Shown: positions 25,698 to 39,549, numbered from the stretch's first letter. The stretch: 64,000 bases of DNA from Octopus sinensis (GCF_006345805.1 NC_043002.1:110174001-110238000); one strand, 5' to 3'. Notes: generated by a model not told the origin, from the letters alone. Numbers and translations are program-made.

Positions 25698-26243
25698 TGT
25701 GTCTGTGTCTGTGTTTGTCTTCCACCATTTCTTGACAATTATTGTTGGTATGCTTACACCCCTATAATTCAATGGTTCAGTAAAAGAGACTGATAAAGTA
25801 AGTACCAGGTTTAAAAAAGTAAATAAGTCCTGGGGTCAGGAGTGGCTGTGTGGTAAGTAGCTTGTTTACCAGCCACATGGTTCCGGGTTCAATCCCACTG
25901 CGTGGCATCTTGGGCAAGTGTCTTCTACTATAGCCTTGGGCCGACCAAAGCCTTGTGAGTGGATTTGGTAGAGGGAAACTGAAAGAAGCCCGTCGTATAT
26001 ATGTATATATATGTATATGTGTGTGTGCGTGTATGTTTGTGTTTGTCCCCCTAGCATTGCTTGACAACCGATGCTGGTGTGTTTACGTCCCCGTCACTTA
26101 GCGGTTCGGCAAAAGAGACCGATAGAATAAATACTGGGCTTACAAAGAATAAGTCCTGGGGTCGAGATGCTCGATTAAAGGCGGTGCTCCAGCATGGCCG
26201 CAGTCAAATGACTGAAACAAGTAAAAGAGTAAAAGAGTAAGAG
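25500..26243 (+). mobile_element. Old SINE A copy (about 25500-25836) followed by a young SINE A (25837-26243)
   Basis: Two colinear family A bodies with different divergence. Confidence 0.85.
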
Positions 26244-26589
26244 TATATATATATATATATATACACGTGATAGACCTCCATACAATTTATGTATACTAAA
26301 TGTCATACACAAGAGTTTGTCAAGCCAAATCTATGGTAAAAAGATTCTTCTCCAAAGTGCAACACGTTGAGATTGAACCCGTCTTGTCTTTTTTTTGTTG
26401 ATGTTTGTCTGTCGAGTCTGCTCATGTTGATGACACTTCCAGAGTGAATATTATCAAAATGTGTTGATGCTCCTTTGTCATCTCTCTGAACGACATTTTG
26501 CAGTTGCAAAATATATGTGTGTATATGTGTCTGTATGTATGTGTGTGTGTGTATTAACACCTTCCTCACTGCAATTATATATATATATA

Positions 26590-26808
26590 TATGAGAAAGT
26601 TGGTGTGTGAAAGCACGTGGTTGAATATATAGAAAATAGTAAAAAGTGAAAAAACTACAGAAGGCTTGTTTTAAAAGGTTAAAAAATATATTTGAGTCAT
26701 TATGTCAGAAGAATGTTATAAAATTTTTTCATACAGTGACATAGTTTTTGAAGAAATTACCGGTTTCGTGTTAACTTTTCAAATTTCTCAAAACATCGTG
26801 TTATGATA
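26590..26808 (-). mobile_element. Probable PLE pseudo-LTR fragment between (TA)n tracts
   Basis: Flanked by (TA)n on both sides. Minus strand has the half-hammerhead CGAAAC-CG-GTA but no CTGAnGA. Confidence 0.4.
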
Positions 26809-26827
26809 TATATATATATATATATAT

Positions 26828-27978
26828 TGTGAGCTATGGATGCATAAGAGGTGCAGCAACATCAAAGGAAAACTAACCGAGAAGATAGCTTTCGTGTGCG
26901 GCAGATGCACAGGGGCAATAGACACCACAGATACTCGTAAAACAGCTTCCATCACACTCCAGGGAGAGAAACTAGAAGTAGTTGATAGTTTCCGTTACCT
27001 AGGTGACCAAGTTAGTAGTGGAGGTGGATGCTCAGAGAGTATCACCACTAGAATAAGAATAGCCTGGGCAAAGTTTAGAAAGCTTCTACCCCTACTGGTG
27101 ACAACGGGTCTCTCGCACGATGCATGTGTGCGAACTGCCATGCTTCACGACAGTGAAACACGGGCTGTGACTGCAGAGGACATGCGTAGGCTTGAAAGAA
27201 ATGAAGCTAGCATGATTCGCTTGATGTATAATGTCAGTGTGCACACACGACAGAGTGTAAGCACCCTGAGAGAAATGCTGGACACAAGAAGCATCGGATG
27301 TGGTGTGCAAGAGAGACGTTTGCACTGGTATGGTCATGTACTGCAGATGGATGAGGAGAGATTTGTGAAGAAGTGCCACTCCCAAACAGTTGAAGGAATC
27401 CGGAGTAGAGGTAGACCCAGGAAGACATGGGATGAGATGGTCAAGCATGACCTTCGAACGTTGGGCCTCACAGAAACAATGACGAAAGATGGAGACTTCT
27501 GGAGATATGCTGTGACTCCGAAGACCCGACAAATAACGTGAGTTCATGGCTGTTTCCTGCACCAGCTTCACATAGCAGCCCCAGCCCATCCAAAGTACCT
27601 TGGATCACAGGACAGTCTGGTGTGCTTACCTTCGATTGTAGGGTGACCTGCTGTGCTTGAGGAGACCTATTGAGTCAAGTACATCAACATCCAAATAAAT
27701 ATCAAATGGAAATTGTAGTTGTGATACCTGTGCCGGTGGCATGTAAAAAGCACCATTCGAACATGGCTGATGCCAGTGCCGCCTTGACTGGCTTCTGTGC
27801 GGGTGGCACATAAAAAGCACCCACTACACTCACGGAGTGGTTGGCGTTAGGAAGGGCATCCAGCTGTAGAAATACTGCCAGATCAGATTGGAGCCTGGTG
27901 CAACCTCCTGGCTTCCCAGACCCCGGTCAAAAGCATGGAAAATGGACGTTAAATGATGATGATGATGATGATGATGAT

Positions 27979-27981
<3 letters not shown>
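26828..27981 (+). mobile_element. RTE-clade LINE 3' part with PHD-like Cys/His insert, 3'UTR and (GAT)n tail
   Basis: CELWMHKRC...FVCGRC...LEVVDSFRYLGD...RIRIAWAKFR...SET...RRLHWYGHV...RGRPRKTW. ORF ends at 27541, followed by the repeat-bearing 3'UTR. Confidence 0.9.
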
Positions 27982-28031
<50 letters not shown>

Positions 28032-28040
28032 ATGTGTGTG

Positions 28041-28126
<86 letters not shown>

Positions 28127-28737
28127 GTATATATGTATGTATATATCGAGAGCCTGAAAGATTGCTTGGAGATACATGGCATGTTATATAAATATGCCTA
28201 GTTAAAGTATCATAAAGTATCATAAAGCTATTAATAACTATTTTGGTTGTGTATTAACTTGATATTTATCTCTCACTGGATGAAGTACATTTGCATTGAT
28301 TCTACCTATATTGGATCTATAAACTATGTGTGTGTGTGTGTATGTGTGTGTGTGTGTGCACATGCACACACATACACACATATGTGCATGCTTTATTTTT
28401 TTAATATATAAATTGGTACATTGAACAGAAATATCATATAATATTTACATTCACCAAGTTATGGTGGCCTTTGTCATTCGATAAATAGAAATGGATGAAA
28501 TGAATGTCAGACTAAATAATGGCATTCATTGAATAGTTGCCTAAAAGCTACTGCAATAAGAGAGAGGGCAACTGCAAAAGTAATAACACCAGCAATAGCA
28601 ATAACAATTACAATGGTAACTACAGCGATAACAAATGTGACAAATAACAACAGCAATGTTATTGAAGATAGAATGGAATAAATGAAGTAACTGTTGCTAG
28701 AATTGTAATATATTTGTTACTATTACAGTTATTACAG

Positions 28738-29118
28738 TCTCTCAAAGAAGCTTGAGAGGCGGTTGGATGGAACCTACACTCGCCTCCTTATAAGAGCTCA
28801 AAATCTCTCGTGGAAGCGCCATCCGACCAAAATGCAAATATATGGGAAACTACCACCTGTGTCATCTCTTGTGAAAGGTAAGAGAGTCCAGTTTGCTGGA
28901 CATTGTTGTAGAGCTGAAAAAGAGGTAATTTCTACTCTTCTCCTCTGGAAGCCATCTACTCGCAATACCAGAGGGCGCACACTCTCCTACCCTGATGTAA
29001 TCTCCAGGGATACAGGCATCCAGCAACATGACCTCCATAATGCCATGATGGACTGTGAAGTCTGGCGTAGCATGGTAAATTCCATTGTCTCGACCACGGT
29101 CGAACAATGATGATGATG
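28738..29118 (+). mobile_element. RTE-like LINE (second family) 3' end
   Basis: Nearly identical to the 3' end of 47020-48056 (DGTYTRLL...QFAGHCCR...). (TGA)n tail. Confidence 0.9.
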
Positions 29119-29235
29119 ACAGTCTCTCTCTCTTTTGCTATCCCAGGTACTATTTTTTTTCATGATTCTGCAACCATGTCTGTTCATATTCCAGATTGTT
29201 ATAAGAAGTCTGTGCATTTTCAACATCTGACTAGA

Positions 29236-29469
29236 TACCTATTTCTTTACTACCCACAAGGGGCTAAACACAGAGAGGACAAACAAGGACAGACAGACGG
29301 ATTAGTCGATTATATTGATCCCGGTGCAAAACTGGTACTTATTTAATTGACCCCGAAAGGATGAAAGGCAAAGTCGACCTAGGCGGAATTTGAACTCACA
29401 ACGTAACGGCAGGCGAAATACCGCAAAGCATTTCGCCCGGTGTGCTAACGTTTCTGCCAGCTCGCTGCC
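29236..29469 (-). mobile_element. Nin/Deu SINE family D
   Basis: Same body as 9928-10157 and 48855-49071. Confidence 0.9.
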
Positions 29470-30155
29470 TTTTTGGTCTCCCATGTCATGTATCCTGTCC
29501 AAAATTTTGTACTTGCATCCTTTGACCAGTGAATTCTTAACTGTCCTTTAAGGCAAGCCACATCAACAAGTTGTCAGGGAATTATCTAAAGTCTTGACAG
29601 TTGTCTTCCCATCATAAATACTGCCCTGTATTCCTAGCCAAAACATTAACTTTCATTGGTTCTGATGACATAACTGTAAACAGCTGATATGGTTCACTGT
29701 TCTAAGGAGCAGGAGCTCGATATGATTAAAGAGTGTTTGGTTGTTTTGCAGTACTAAGTTCAAGTTTCATGTTGCTTGAACAAGGTGACAGTGAGCTACT
29801 CCATTACTGAGACCAAACTGCCCATTGGTCTTGGTTCACTATGAAATTAGATGTTGGACCTTGTTCTGCAAATGAGTTGTATGAAGGCTGGTGAGCAATC
29901 ATTCAACCAACATTTTAACCACTACTAGATGCTAAAAGATTAATTATTGATCTATAGCTAAGAGAAGTTGTGTATCTACAGTTCTTGTTTAGCCCCATAT
30001 TAGACTTAAGCCAACTGACCGATGGTCAATGGCATTGCAGCTGCACACATCCAATCCTTTTTTCAAAACAGTGAATGTTATCTAATGTGCTCTTCCTTTT
30101 ATTGTAAATGGTTAGGTATGATTTGAAGGAGATTTGGTTGCTATATTTTGCAGGT

Positions 30156-30547
30156 GGTGGAGGCGCAATGGCCCAGTGGTTAGGGCAGCAGACTCGCGGT
30201 CAAAGGATCGCAGTTTCGATTCCCAGACCGGGCGTTGTGAGTGTTTATTGAGCGAAAACACCTAAAAGCTCCATGAGGCTCCAGCAGGGATGGTGGTGAT
30301 CCCTGCTGTACTCTTTCACCACAACTTTCTCTCACTCTTACTTCCTGTTTCTGTTGTACCTGTATTTCAAAGGGCCGGCCTTGTCACTCTTTGTGTCATG
30401 CTGAATATCCCTGAGAACTGCATTAAGGGTACACATGTCTGTGGAGTGCTCAGCCACTTACACGTTAATTTCACGAGCAGGCTGTTCCGTTGATTAGATC
30501 AACTGGAACACTCGTCGTCGTAACCGACGGAGTGCTTCCATCCATCC
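30156..30547 (+). mobile_element. SINE family B
   Basis: Same as 12193-12585. TSD ATATTTTGCAGGT at 30143-30155 and 30548-30560. Confidence 0.92.
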
Positions 30548-31138
30548 ATATTTTGCAGGTCCATAGTGCTCCCTCACTGGCTTGTATAAATGTAATTAGT
30601 TTTGCTTGAATAAAATAGTAGTCAGTAGAAGGCCAATTACAGTTAGAAGCAACGCAGATACCTTTCACCCCCTTTATTCAATGCTTTAGTTTGGTCTAGG
30701 GCCATGCGACACATTCTATCATGCATTGTTTCGTTATGTTAATTGCAGCATAGCAATTATTGTTTATTGCATCTGTCTAGTTGACATTCAACATATTTGG
30801 ACATGTTCAAACACAGTGGTGATAGTTACAGAAAATAGTTTGATCAGTATGTATGTTGTTATTTCAAAAATGAATAGCCACTGAAAATAATTATTAAGCA
30901 GCACAAAATTTGGAACTTGTTTGGCAATAATTAATTTGGGTCTAATTTGACAATCATTGTTGTATTAGGACCTATTGTGATTACCAATGCTACATACATA
31001 TGAACCTAGAGTGCTAAAGAACATTGTGTTTAGACCTAATGTAACAATAACTTTACACCGAGGCTTCCTGTAACTAATGATGTTATTCTGAGCTTAAAGT
31101 AACTTGATGTGATGGAGGAAAGCAGGATGATATATTAA

Positions 31139-31362
31139 CCTTTTCGTTACTGTATTTCCGTTGAGATGCTCTGTGTTTCTTTCAATTAATTTGAAATATA
31201 ACAAAGAATTTTTAGTAAAATAATTTGGTTATCATTAAGTTAGTGTTAGGAACATAAATTGTGATTAAGGTTTGGTGGAAGATTTTAATTCAAAACTTAT
31301 GAACACAAGACATTTGTACTACAGAGCCAGAGCCAGTTTCAGCCGGGTTGGTAACAAAAGGG
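31139..31362 (+). mobile_element. TTAA-flanked MITE family M2
   Basis: TTAA|CCTTTTCGTTAC...GTAACAAAAGGG|TTAA. Second copy at 22685-22906. Confidence 0.85.
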
Positions 31363-31686
31363 TTAAGAAGGCAAATTGCTTTCGTTTAATATGGCTAAGA
31401 GTACCAGTACTGAAGTAGGAACCAATTTATTTCTACCCTTTATTGACACATTTTACACTATATTGACTCCATAAACGACACAAGCCAATGAGTATATCTC
31501 TATATGGTTGCTTGTTTCAGTACCTGTAATATATGGAGGTTTGTGCAGTAATGAAACATTTTTCTATTATAAAGCATCATTAATTTTTCTTATGACAATG
31601 ACTCTTGTGTCAATACTTAATTACAGCTTGGTGGACTAGTCTATTGAGAGTGAAATGTCTTTGCCAGCAATAAATCTCAGCACCTG

Positions 31687-32106
31687 TACTCTCTTTACTC
31701 TTTTTACTCTTTTACTTGTTTCAGTCATTTGACTGCGGCCATGCTGGAGCACCGCCTTTAGTTGAGCAAATCGACCCCGGGACTTATTCTTTGTAAGCCC
31801 AGTACTTATTCTATCAGTCTCTTTTGCCAAACCGCTAAGTGACGGGGACGTAAACACACCAGCATCGGTTGTCAAGCAATGCTAGGGAGACAAACACAGA
31901 CACAAACATATACACACACACTTATATATATATACATATATACGACAGGCTTCTTTCAGTTTCCGTCTACCAAATCCACTCACAAGGCATTGGTCAGCCC
32001 GGGGCTATAGCAGAAGACACTTGCCCAAGATGCCGTGCAGTGGGACTGAACCCGAAACCATGTGGTTGGTTAGCAAGCTACTTACCACACAGCCACTCCT
32101 GCGCCT
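31687..32106 (-). mobile_element. SINE family A, full length
   Basis: Reverse complement of family A. Confidence 0.92.
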
Positions 32107-32340
32107 GATACATAAATATTCAACATTTCAATCAGCAGGCTGTTAATTTAATGATGTGTCCAGTTGTGAATTTTTTATAGTTTTTTTGGGATTAATTATA
32201 GAAAAAATTGGTTTAATTAAAATAAATTAAAGAGATTGTCTGAAGGCTGAGATTAAAATTTTACTACCAGATAATGAGATCCTACAAATCAACCTTGAAT
32301 GATAAGTGTTTCATTTAATACAACTATATATATACATATG

Positions 32341-32640
32341 TGGAGGCGCAATGGCCTAGTGGTTAGGGCAGCGGACTCGCGGTTGTAGGATCGCGGTTTC
32401 AATTCCCAGATCAGGCGTTGTGAGTGTTTATTGAGCAAAAACACCTAAAAAGCTCCACGAGGCTCCAGCAGGGGGTGGTGATCCTGCTGTACTCTTTCAC
32501 CACTCTTTCTCCCACTCTTTCTTTTGTTGGCCTGCTCGCTTAGCCAGCGGGGTGGCATCGTTCGAAGGCTAAAACAATGCGAATGCATTGTCACCAGCGA
32601 TGTGTAACAACATCTGATGGTCTGGTCGGTCACGTGATAT
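32341..32640 (+). mobile_element. SINE family C (family B head, different 3' half)
   Basis: Matches family B up to CTCTTTCACCAC, then GGCCTGCTCGCTTAGCCAGC...GGTCACGTGAT. Second copy at 54273-54565. Confidence 0.88.
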
Positions 32641-33100
32641 ATACATATACATGTGTGTGTGTGTGTGTGTGTGGAGAGAGAGAGAGAGAGAGAGAGAGAG
32701 GAAGAGAATGTGAGATCAAGGTAGAAGGTGAATACAGACACAGAATAGGAAAGAATAGGGGGGGAAGAAATGCATGTGTAGGTAGGTGTGGTGAGTGAGA
32801 ATAGTGTGACATGATCAGAGACAAGGAATGAATTGGATGCCAGGAATATCAGTTCAACAAGAGAAAGTGAAGGAATGAAATAAGGCAACAGAGAAGATTG
32901 GTGAAAGAATGGGTGCTGGAAGATGAGTTGTAGGGGGAAGGCTCAGCAAAACCCTAATTCTGCAGAGAAAGATGAGTCTTCTTAAGTACAGCATATTGCC
33001 ATAGTCTGTCCCTCTCATCTCCTCTGAGAGATTCATATTTTGAATTTCATTTTTATTCACCATACTTGTATACATGCACACACATACACACAAATATACA

Positions 33101-33137
<37 letters not shown>

Positions 33138-33199
33138 ACACACATATATACATATGTATATATATGTATGTATATGTGTGTGTGTGTGTGTGTGTATTC

Positions 33200-33433
33200 T
33201 TTTTTGTTTTTCCTTTTATTTGTTTTAGTCATTTGACTGCAGCCATGATGGAGAACTGCTTTTAGTCGAACAAATGAACCCCAGAACATATTCTTTGTAA
33301 GCCTAGTACTTATTCTATCGATCGCTTTTGCTGAACTGCTAAGTTATGGAGATGTAAACACACCAACATTGGTTGTTAAAGCAATGGGGGTGGGGACAAA
33401 CACAGACACATGAATATATAAATATATATTTAT

Positions 33434-33473
<40 letters not shown>

Positions 33474-33635
33474 CAGGCATCTTTCAGTTTCTGTCTACCA
33501 TATCCATTCACAAGGCTTTGGTCAGCCAAGGCTATAGTAGAAGACATTTGCCCAAGGTGCCATGCAGTGGGACTGAACCCAGAACAATGTGGCTGATAAG
33601 CAAGCTACTTACCACACAGCCACTCCTGCACCTAT
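33200..33635 (-). mobile_element. SINE family A, diverged
   Basis: Reverse complement of family A. Confidence 0.85.
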
Positions 33636-33647
33636 ATATATGATGAT

Positions 33648-34170
33648 GATCATCATCGTTTAACCTCTGTGTTCTATGCTGGCATGGGTTGGACAGTTTG
33701 ACTGAGGACTGGTGAGTCAGAGGCCGCTCCAGGCTCAATCTAGTCTGGCAAAGTTGCTACAGCTGGATGCCTTTCCTAATGTCAATCACTCCGAGAGTGT
33801 AGTGGGTACTTTTTATGTGCCACCAGCATGAGGGCCAGTCAGGAGGTACTCGCAATGACCATGCTCATGCTCAAAAGGTGTTTTTACGTGCTACCTGCAT
33901 GGGAGCCAGTCCGGCGGCTCTGGCAATGACCACACTCGAATGTTGCTTTTCCCGTGCCACCAGCATATGTGCCGGTAAAGTGACACTGGCAACGATCATG
34001 CTCGAATGGTGCTTTTCATGTGTCACTGGCATGGGAGCCAATCCGTGGACCTGGCAGCGATCATGTGTGGATGTGCATTTACCAGTAGTGTCATCAGCCA
34101 CGTCAGCAATTTCATACATATATATATCATCATCATCATCACCATTTAGCGTCCGCTTTCCATGGATGCT
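33648..34170 (-). mobile_element. RTE-type 3'UTR element with internal ~55-60 bp repeats
   Basis: (CAT)n-GTTTAA...CATGGGTTGGAC...GGATGCC and TTTTACGTGCCAC-type units. Confidence 0.8.
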
Positions 34171-34172
34171 AA

Positions 34173-34204
<32 letters not shown>

Positions 34205-34461
34205 ATATATATATATATAACTTATAAGTAAGGGCAAAAGAAAAAATTGTGAAAGAATATGTTGCAAATTAAGGAAATGCTTGAGCTAGGGTTTAAGACG
34301 AAAAGGTATCGACAGTAAGATGGAAGTAAAGAACTAGACAGAATAAGACAGAATAGTGAGAGAATATTAATAAGGGTTTATAATGATAATACTTGCAAAA
34401 ATACAATGAAAGGAGTAGCAAATGAGGAGCATAAACAAAAATTCTCATTCCTGGGAGGCTG

Positions 34462-34526
34462 AGTTGGAGCCTGTAGTTGGAGCCTGTAGTTGGAGCCTGT
34501 AGTTGGAGCCTGTGGTTGGAGCCTGT
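34462..34526. repeat. 13-bp minisatellite (AGTTGGAGCCTGT)x5
   Basis: Directly visible, one substitution. Confidence 0.95.
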
Positions 34527-35025
34527 CAAATTTTTAAAGGGATATAGCTTTTCAAGAGAACATATTGAACATCTCTGGATCTGGGTTCAAACACCACCAT
34601 TATACATGGAATACTGTTTGTTACCACTCTTCCATGAAAGACATATCTTGCCTTAGGGAAATATTTCCTTGCATGGATAACAGGAATAAAAAATCTACCT
34701 GAGCCAATTTCATCTGACCCATGCACAAATGGACATTAAAACAATGATGATGATGTATGGGAAACATCACAACTGGGAAACTTTCAAATATATGGATGTC
34801 ATAAAATGTCCATTATTATATTTTATAAACCATGTTTGGAAGTAGCCATACACCAATGGAAAAATTAAAATTACTAGTACAAAGAAAAATGGTTTTAACC
34901 GTATCATTTATACCTTATACTTATTTTCTTCTAGCTTTTACCATCCTCTTTTCCTTGCTTATTAATGCTTACCCATGTAGTATAATATTACTATATACAG
35001 TGAAACTGTGTCTATATTTAAGTGA

Positions 35026-35411
35026 GGAGGCGCAATGGCCCAGTGGTTAGGGCAGCAGACTCGCGGTCATAGGATCGCGGTTTCGATTCCCAGAACCGGG
35101 CGTTGTGAGTGTTTATTGAGCGAAAACACCTAAAAGCTCCACGAGGCTCCAGCAGGGGATGGTGGTGATCCCTGCTGTACTCTTTCACCACAACTTTCTC
35201 TCACTCTTACTTCCTGTTTCTGTTGTACCTGTATTTCAAAGGGTTGGCCTTGTCACTCTCTGTGTCACGCTGAATATCCCCGAGAACTACGTTAAGGGTA
35301 CACGTGTCTGTAAAGTGTTCGGCCACTTACACGTTAATTCATGAGCAGGCTGTTCCGTTGATTCGGATCTACCGGAACCCTCGTCGTCGTAATCGACGGA
35401 GTGCTTCCATC
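35026..35411 (+). mobile_element. SINE family B
   Basis: Family B body. TSD ATATTTAAG(T/C)GA at 35014-35025 and 35412-35423. Confidence 0.92.
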
Positions 35412-35459
35412 ATATTTAAGCGACCATTTTAGTTCTGAAATTGTACTTGCTTAGCAAGT

Positions 35460-35724
35460 GATTTAATATGAAACTTTATGGTGAAACTAAAGCAATCAGT
35501 GTGGAAAAACACATATTAACCATTTAAAAACACAGAAAAACTATTAACTTAATCATTTAATATTTGGTGTCAGTGACCAGGATGCTGAGAATGCAAATAG
35601 TCATCACTAAATAATAAATGATTAAGTGAAGTTCACAGTTTTTGTGTATTTTTGAATAGTTAATATGTTTCTTTTACTCTGTAATTGCCATTTTAGTTCT
35701 GCTAACCTTATTGTATTAAATATC
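35460..35724. repeat. Old imperfect foldback / MITE-like inverted repeat
   Basis: ACATATTAACCATTTAAAAACACAGAAAAACT..ACTTAATCATTTA pairs with TAAATGATTAAGT...AGTTTTTGTGTATTTTTGAATAGTTAATATGT. Confidence 0.65.
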
Positions 35725-35758
35725 ATATGATACTTTACATTCCAGCACATCAAGAGGG

Positions 35759-35925
35759 GTTACGTTCTGAGTTCAAATTCCGCCGAGGTCGACTTTGCCT
35801 TTCATCCTTTCGGGGTCGATAAATTAAGTACCAGTTACGCACTGGGGTCGATGTAATCGACTTAATACCTATGTCTGTCTTTGTTTGTCCCCTCTGTGTT
35901 TAGCCCCGTGTGGGTAGTAAAAAAA
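35759..35925 (+). mobile_element. Nin/Deu SINE family D, 5'-truncated
   Basis: GAGGTCGACTTTGCCTTTCATCCTTTCGGGGTCGATAAATTAAGTACCAG. Confidence 0.9.
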
Positions 35926-37789
35926 AAAAAAAATATATCCATTCTTTTACATGAGGCTGACAAACAACTTTATATCATATAAACCCACACATATCCCTTA
36001 ATCCTTACTCCTTTTCACTTTACTTTTCTTCATTTTCTGAATTTATGATGATCTAAAAATCACACCCTTGCCGATTCACTTTTAGTTACAAAGTCTATGT
36101 AGTTAAATAGATTTCAAACAACAATTCTCATTGACAAATCTTTTCCTCAAAATTCCAATTATAGCTTGCATGTAAAGAACAATTCCTAGCATTTTAAATT
36201 TTATCTTGTGAGCACATACCTATAATTAAGCTACCTTTATAATTATTATAGATTTGCATCTTTCCATTTCTAAGACTATACGCTAATGCTACCCTATTAT
36301 TATTCCCTATTATTATTATTATTATTATTATTATCAGAAAACACATCAGTAGCATACCTCTTTCTAATATATTTTGAATCAGATTTCCTACAACACACCA
36401 TATGATTACAATTTGAAATTTTAATAATCCATTGATATTAGAAATCCATCTTGAGCTGTTTTTCTAAAACTTAGTAACATACTTTTAATATTAAACCTGA
36501 TTCCTAGAAGCAAGCCATTTTAATTATGATTTAGTACTTTTGAGAGAGCACACATATTAATCTTGTACCTTACTTCCAAATTATTCACATTCATTTTAAT
36601 CTGTAGCACTATTTCTCTTCAACTTGCATACTATACTTCAACAAACCACACCTACAACATTACTTCCCAATTTACATATATTATCTGACAGCTTTCTTGC
36701 AGAATACTTCAAAGAGCCATATAAATACCACTAATTTATCAATCATCACTATGGTTAAATAATTCTAATATTATTTTCTACTTTCATTCCTATGTGCAAC
36801 ATATTCTCTCATATTTCCTCTTACTGCTTCATTAAGTTCCTTTCTTATAGCTATCCTCATAAGTCATCCGACTACATATTTTATAAAATATTACTTCTTC
36901 TTATATGCCTTCTCTTAGGTCTCATATTCTTTCACACCATAATTTAAATCTTATAAAATTTAATTCATTGCAGAATTTTCCTTTGTTTCACATATACATA
37001 AACAGTTAAGTAAAACTTTATTGCTAAAATATGATTGAGATATATTTTTAAATCACCTGATTCCAATTCAATGAACCCAAGATATTCTTGATTTATCATG
37101 GATTGATGCTACCTCTTTATATATATGTGTGTGTGTATGTGTGTGTATGCTTGTGTGTATTCTCTCTCTCTCTCTCTCTCTCTGTCTCTGTGTATATATA
37201 TATGCATATACAGCTCTGTTAAATACTTATTATCTTGAAATATCTTTAAAATACAATACTAACATGCTATAATTTACATATTTCAATCAATAAGTAGAAA
37301 TACAAAACCTCAAACTCTCTTTTTGAACCATTATACTTTTCTCAGTTAAACAAAAACAACAAGTCTTTTCATTTTGAAAAATTTTATAATAACATGTTAT
37401 ATCCCTTTTCTTTTAAATCACTTTAATATTATTATCAATTATCCATTTGCATAAGGTGAAATAACTTCCAGTTAAAAAAAAAATTATGATAGCTTTTTTA
37501 TAAAATCTTCAAAAAGCTGTAACTCCACCCTCTCTAAATATTTGAGCTTTCTCAATTTTTAATTTACCTAAATGTTTCTCTGAATTTCTATTTATTAGTA
37601 AATTTTGTTCTCATTTCTAATTATTCTGGTGAATAGATGAAACTATAAAACTTTCCATAAGTAATAAAGCACTTTCAGGAAAAATAAAGTGGTGTCAAGG
37701 GAGAGCTACAGTGAGAGAGATAGTGTGTAGAAGGGATGAAGATATGAAGAGGATATACAGTGAGGTGCTCATTTGAGCATATATATATA

Positions 37790-38350
37790 CACACGGTACT
37801 TCCAGAACTCAGTTTTATTGAGGTGGATGAATCTTCTTGAAAAACCTGGTCCTTTGTCACCACCTCCATGAGATTCAAACTCCTGAGGTCAGCTGTCACA
37901 ACTTCAACCCATGTCTTCCTGGGTCTCCTTCTCCCACAAACTTCTGCCACATTAAGTAGTTGGCACTTCTTGATATAGCGGTGGTCCTCATTGATAACAT
38001 TACATACCCAAACATTACATGCTCAAACTAATGCAATCTTCTTTCTTGCACATTGTGTCTGATCCCTCCTTTGCCTAGTTTTTATCTCAACACATTTGTA
38101 CTATGCCATTCATGCACACTGATATTATGCCCTCAGTGGAGAATTTTTGCTTCATTTCTTACCAGTATTCCTAAGGCCTCTGTGTTAAAGGCCTAAGTCT
38201 TATTACCATTGCAGCTCTAACACCTGCATCACACAATCTGCCTTTGATTCTGTGGGAAAAGATATTGTTGCTAATAGTGGTAGAAAATCCCTAAACTTTT
38301 TTCAGTCTGTTTTACTCTGGTTACTATACATTTAGAATAATCACCTTCCA
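37790..38350 (-). mobile_element. Old RTE LINE fragment
   Basis: GRRRPRKTWVEVV..DLRSLNL, colinear with 27000-27540. Confidence 0.75.
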
Positions 38351-38356
38351 TGCTAG

Positions 38357-38390
<34 letters not shown>

Positions 38391-38426
38391 AAACATTTTT
38401 GCAGTATTATACATTAGGCTACATAT

Positions 38427-38819
38427 TTCTTTTGGGAAGCACTCTGTCGGTTACGACGACAAGGGTTCCGGTTGATCCGAATCAACAGAAAAGCCTGCTC
38501 GTGAAATTAACGTGTAAGTGGCTGAGCACTCCACAGACACGTGTACCCTTAACGTAGTTCTTGGGGATATTCAGCGTGACACAGAGAGTGACAAGGCCGG
38601 CCCTTTGAAATACAGGTACAACAGAAACAAGAAGTAAGAGTGAGAGAAAGTTGTGGTGAAAGAGTACAGCAGGGATCACCACCATCCCCTGCCGGAGCCT
38701 CGTGGAGCTTTAGGTGTTTTCGCTCAATAAACACTCACAACACCCGGTCTGGGAATCGAAACCGTGATCCTATGACCGCGAGTCCGCTGCCCTAACCACT
38801 GGGCCATTGCGCCTCCACA
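38427..38819 (-). mobile_element. SINE family B
   Basis: Reverse-complement family B. TSD ATTAGGCTACATAT at 38413-38426 and 38820-38833. Confidence 0.93.
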
Positions 38820-39549
38820 ATTAGGCTACATATACAGTATGGTTGAAGTATTAGTAGATAATTTCATAGAAAATTAAGATGAAGCTTCTTTAAAAGGAAA
38901 GAATGATTATTTTAATTGTTCTTTCACTTTAGGGAAGATTAAATTTATATGAAGCTTCTAGTAACAGTTTAGCTACATCTGGTGTTTAATTTCTAATACT
39001 GTATTAATAATATATCCATTGTGTTATCTTGTACTGAGTGTGTCTTTTCTCTGACTTATGAAACTAGCTTGGAATATATGTGTATCTCAGTGTGTGTTTG
39101 TATGCTTGTGTGTGTATAGAGAGAATAGATAGACATAGGTAAAGTATCCAGGTGGGTACTGTATGAGCACTCAGTTATAATCCAGGTTATGGCTAAACTG
39201 CATTGAGTTGTGGATTAGGTGTAGAAATTTCTGAGATTTAAATAAATGCTGTAATTCCATTTTTGTTGTTGGTTTGGTGCTTCTTCCCTCCTTTCCAGTT
39301 AAAGTAAAATGCTCCCCATCTCATGCAGAGTATAAATAAATTGTTTTTATCAATAAGATTTTTTTTAGATATACTCTCTATCTAAAAAAGAAATTCTGAA
39401 AAACTACAAGATAACACATAAAAATAACCTAATTAATTTATACTTGCAGGCTATGGAAAAGTTAAATTTAGAGGACAAGGGTTAGGGTTAGTATTAGGGT
39501 AAGGGTTACCATACCTACCTCTCAAATCAACCTGAAAGACAATAAGCCT

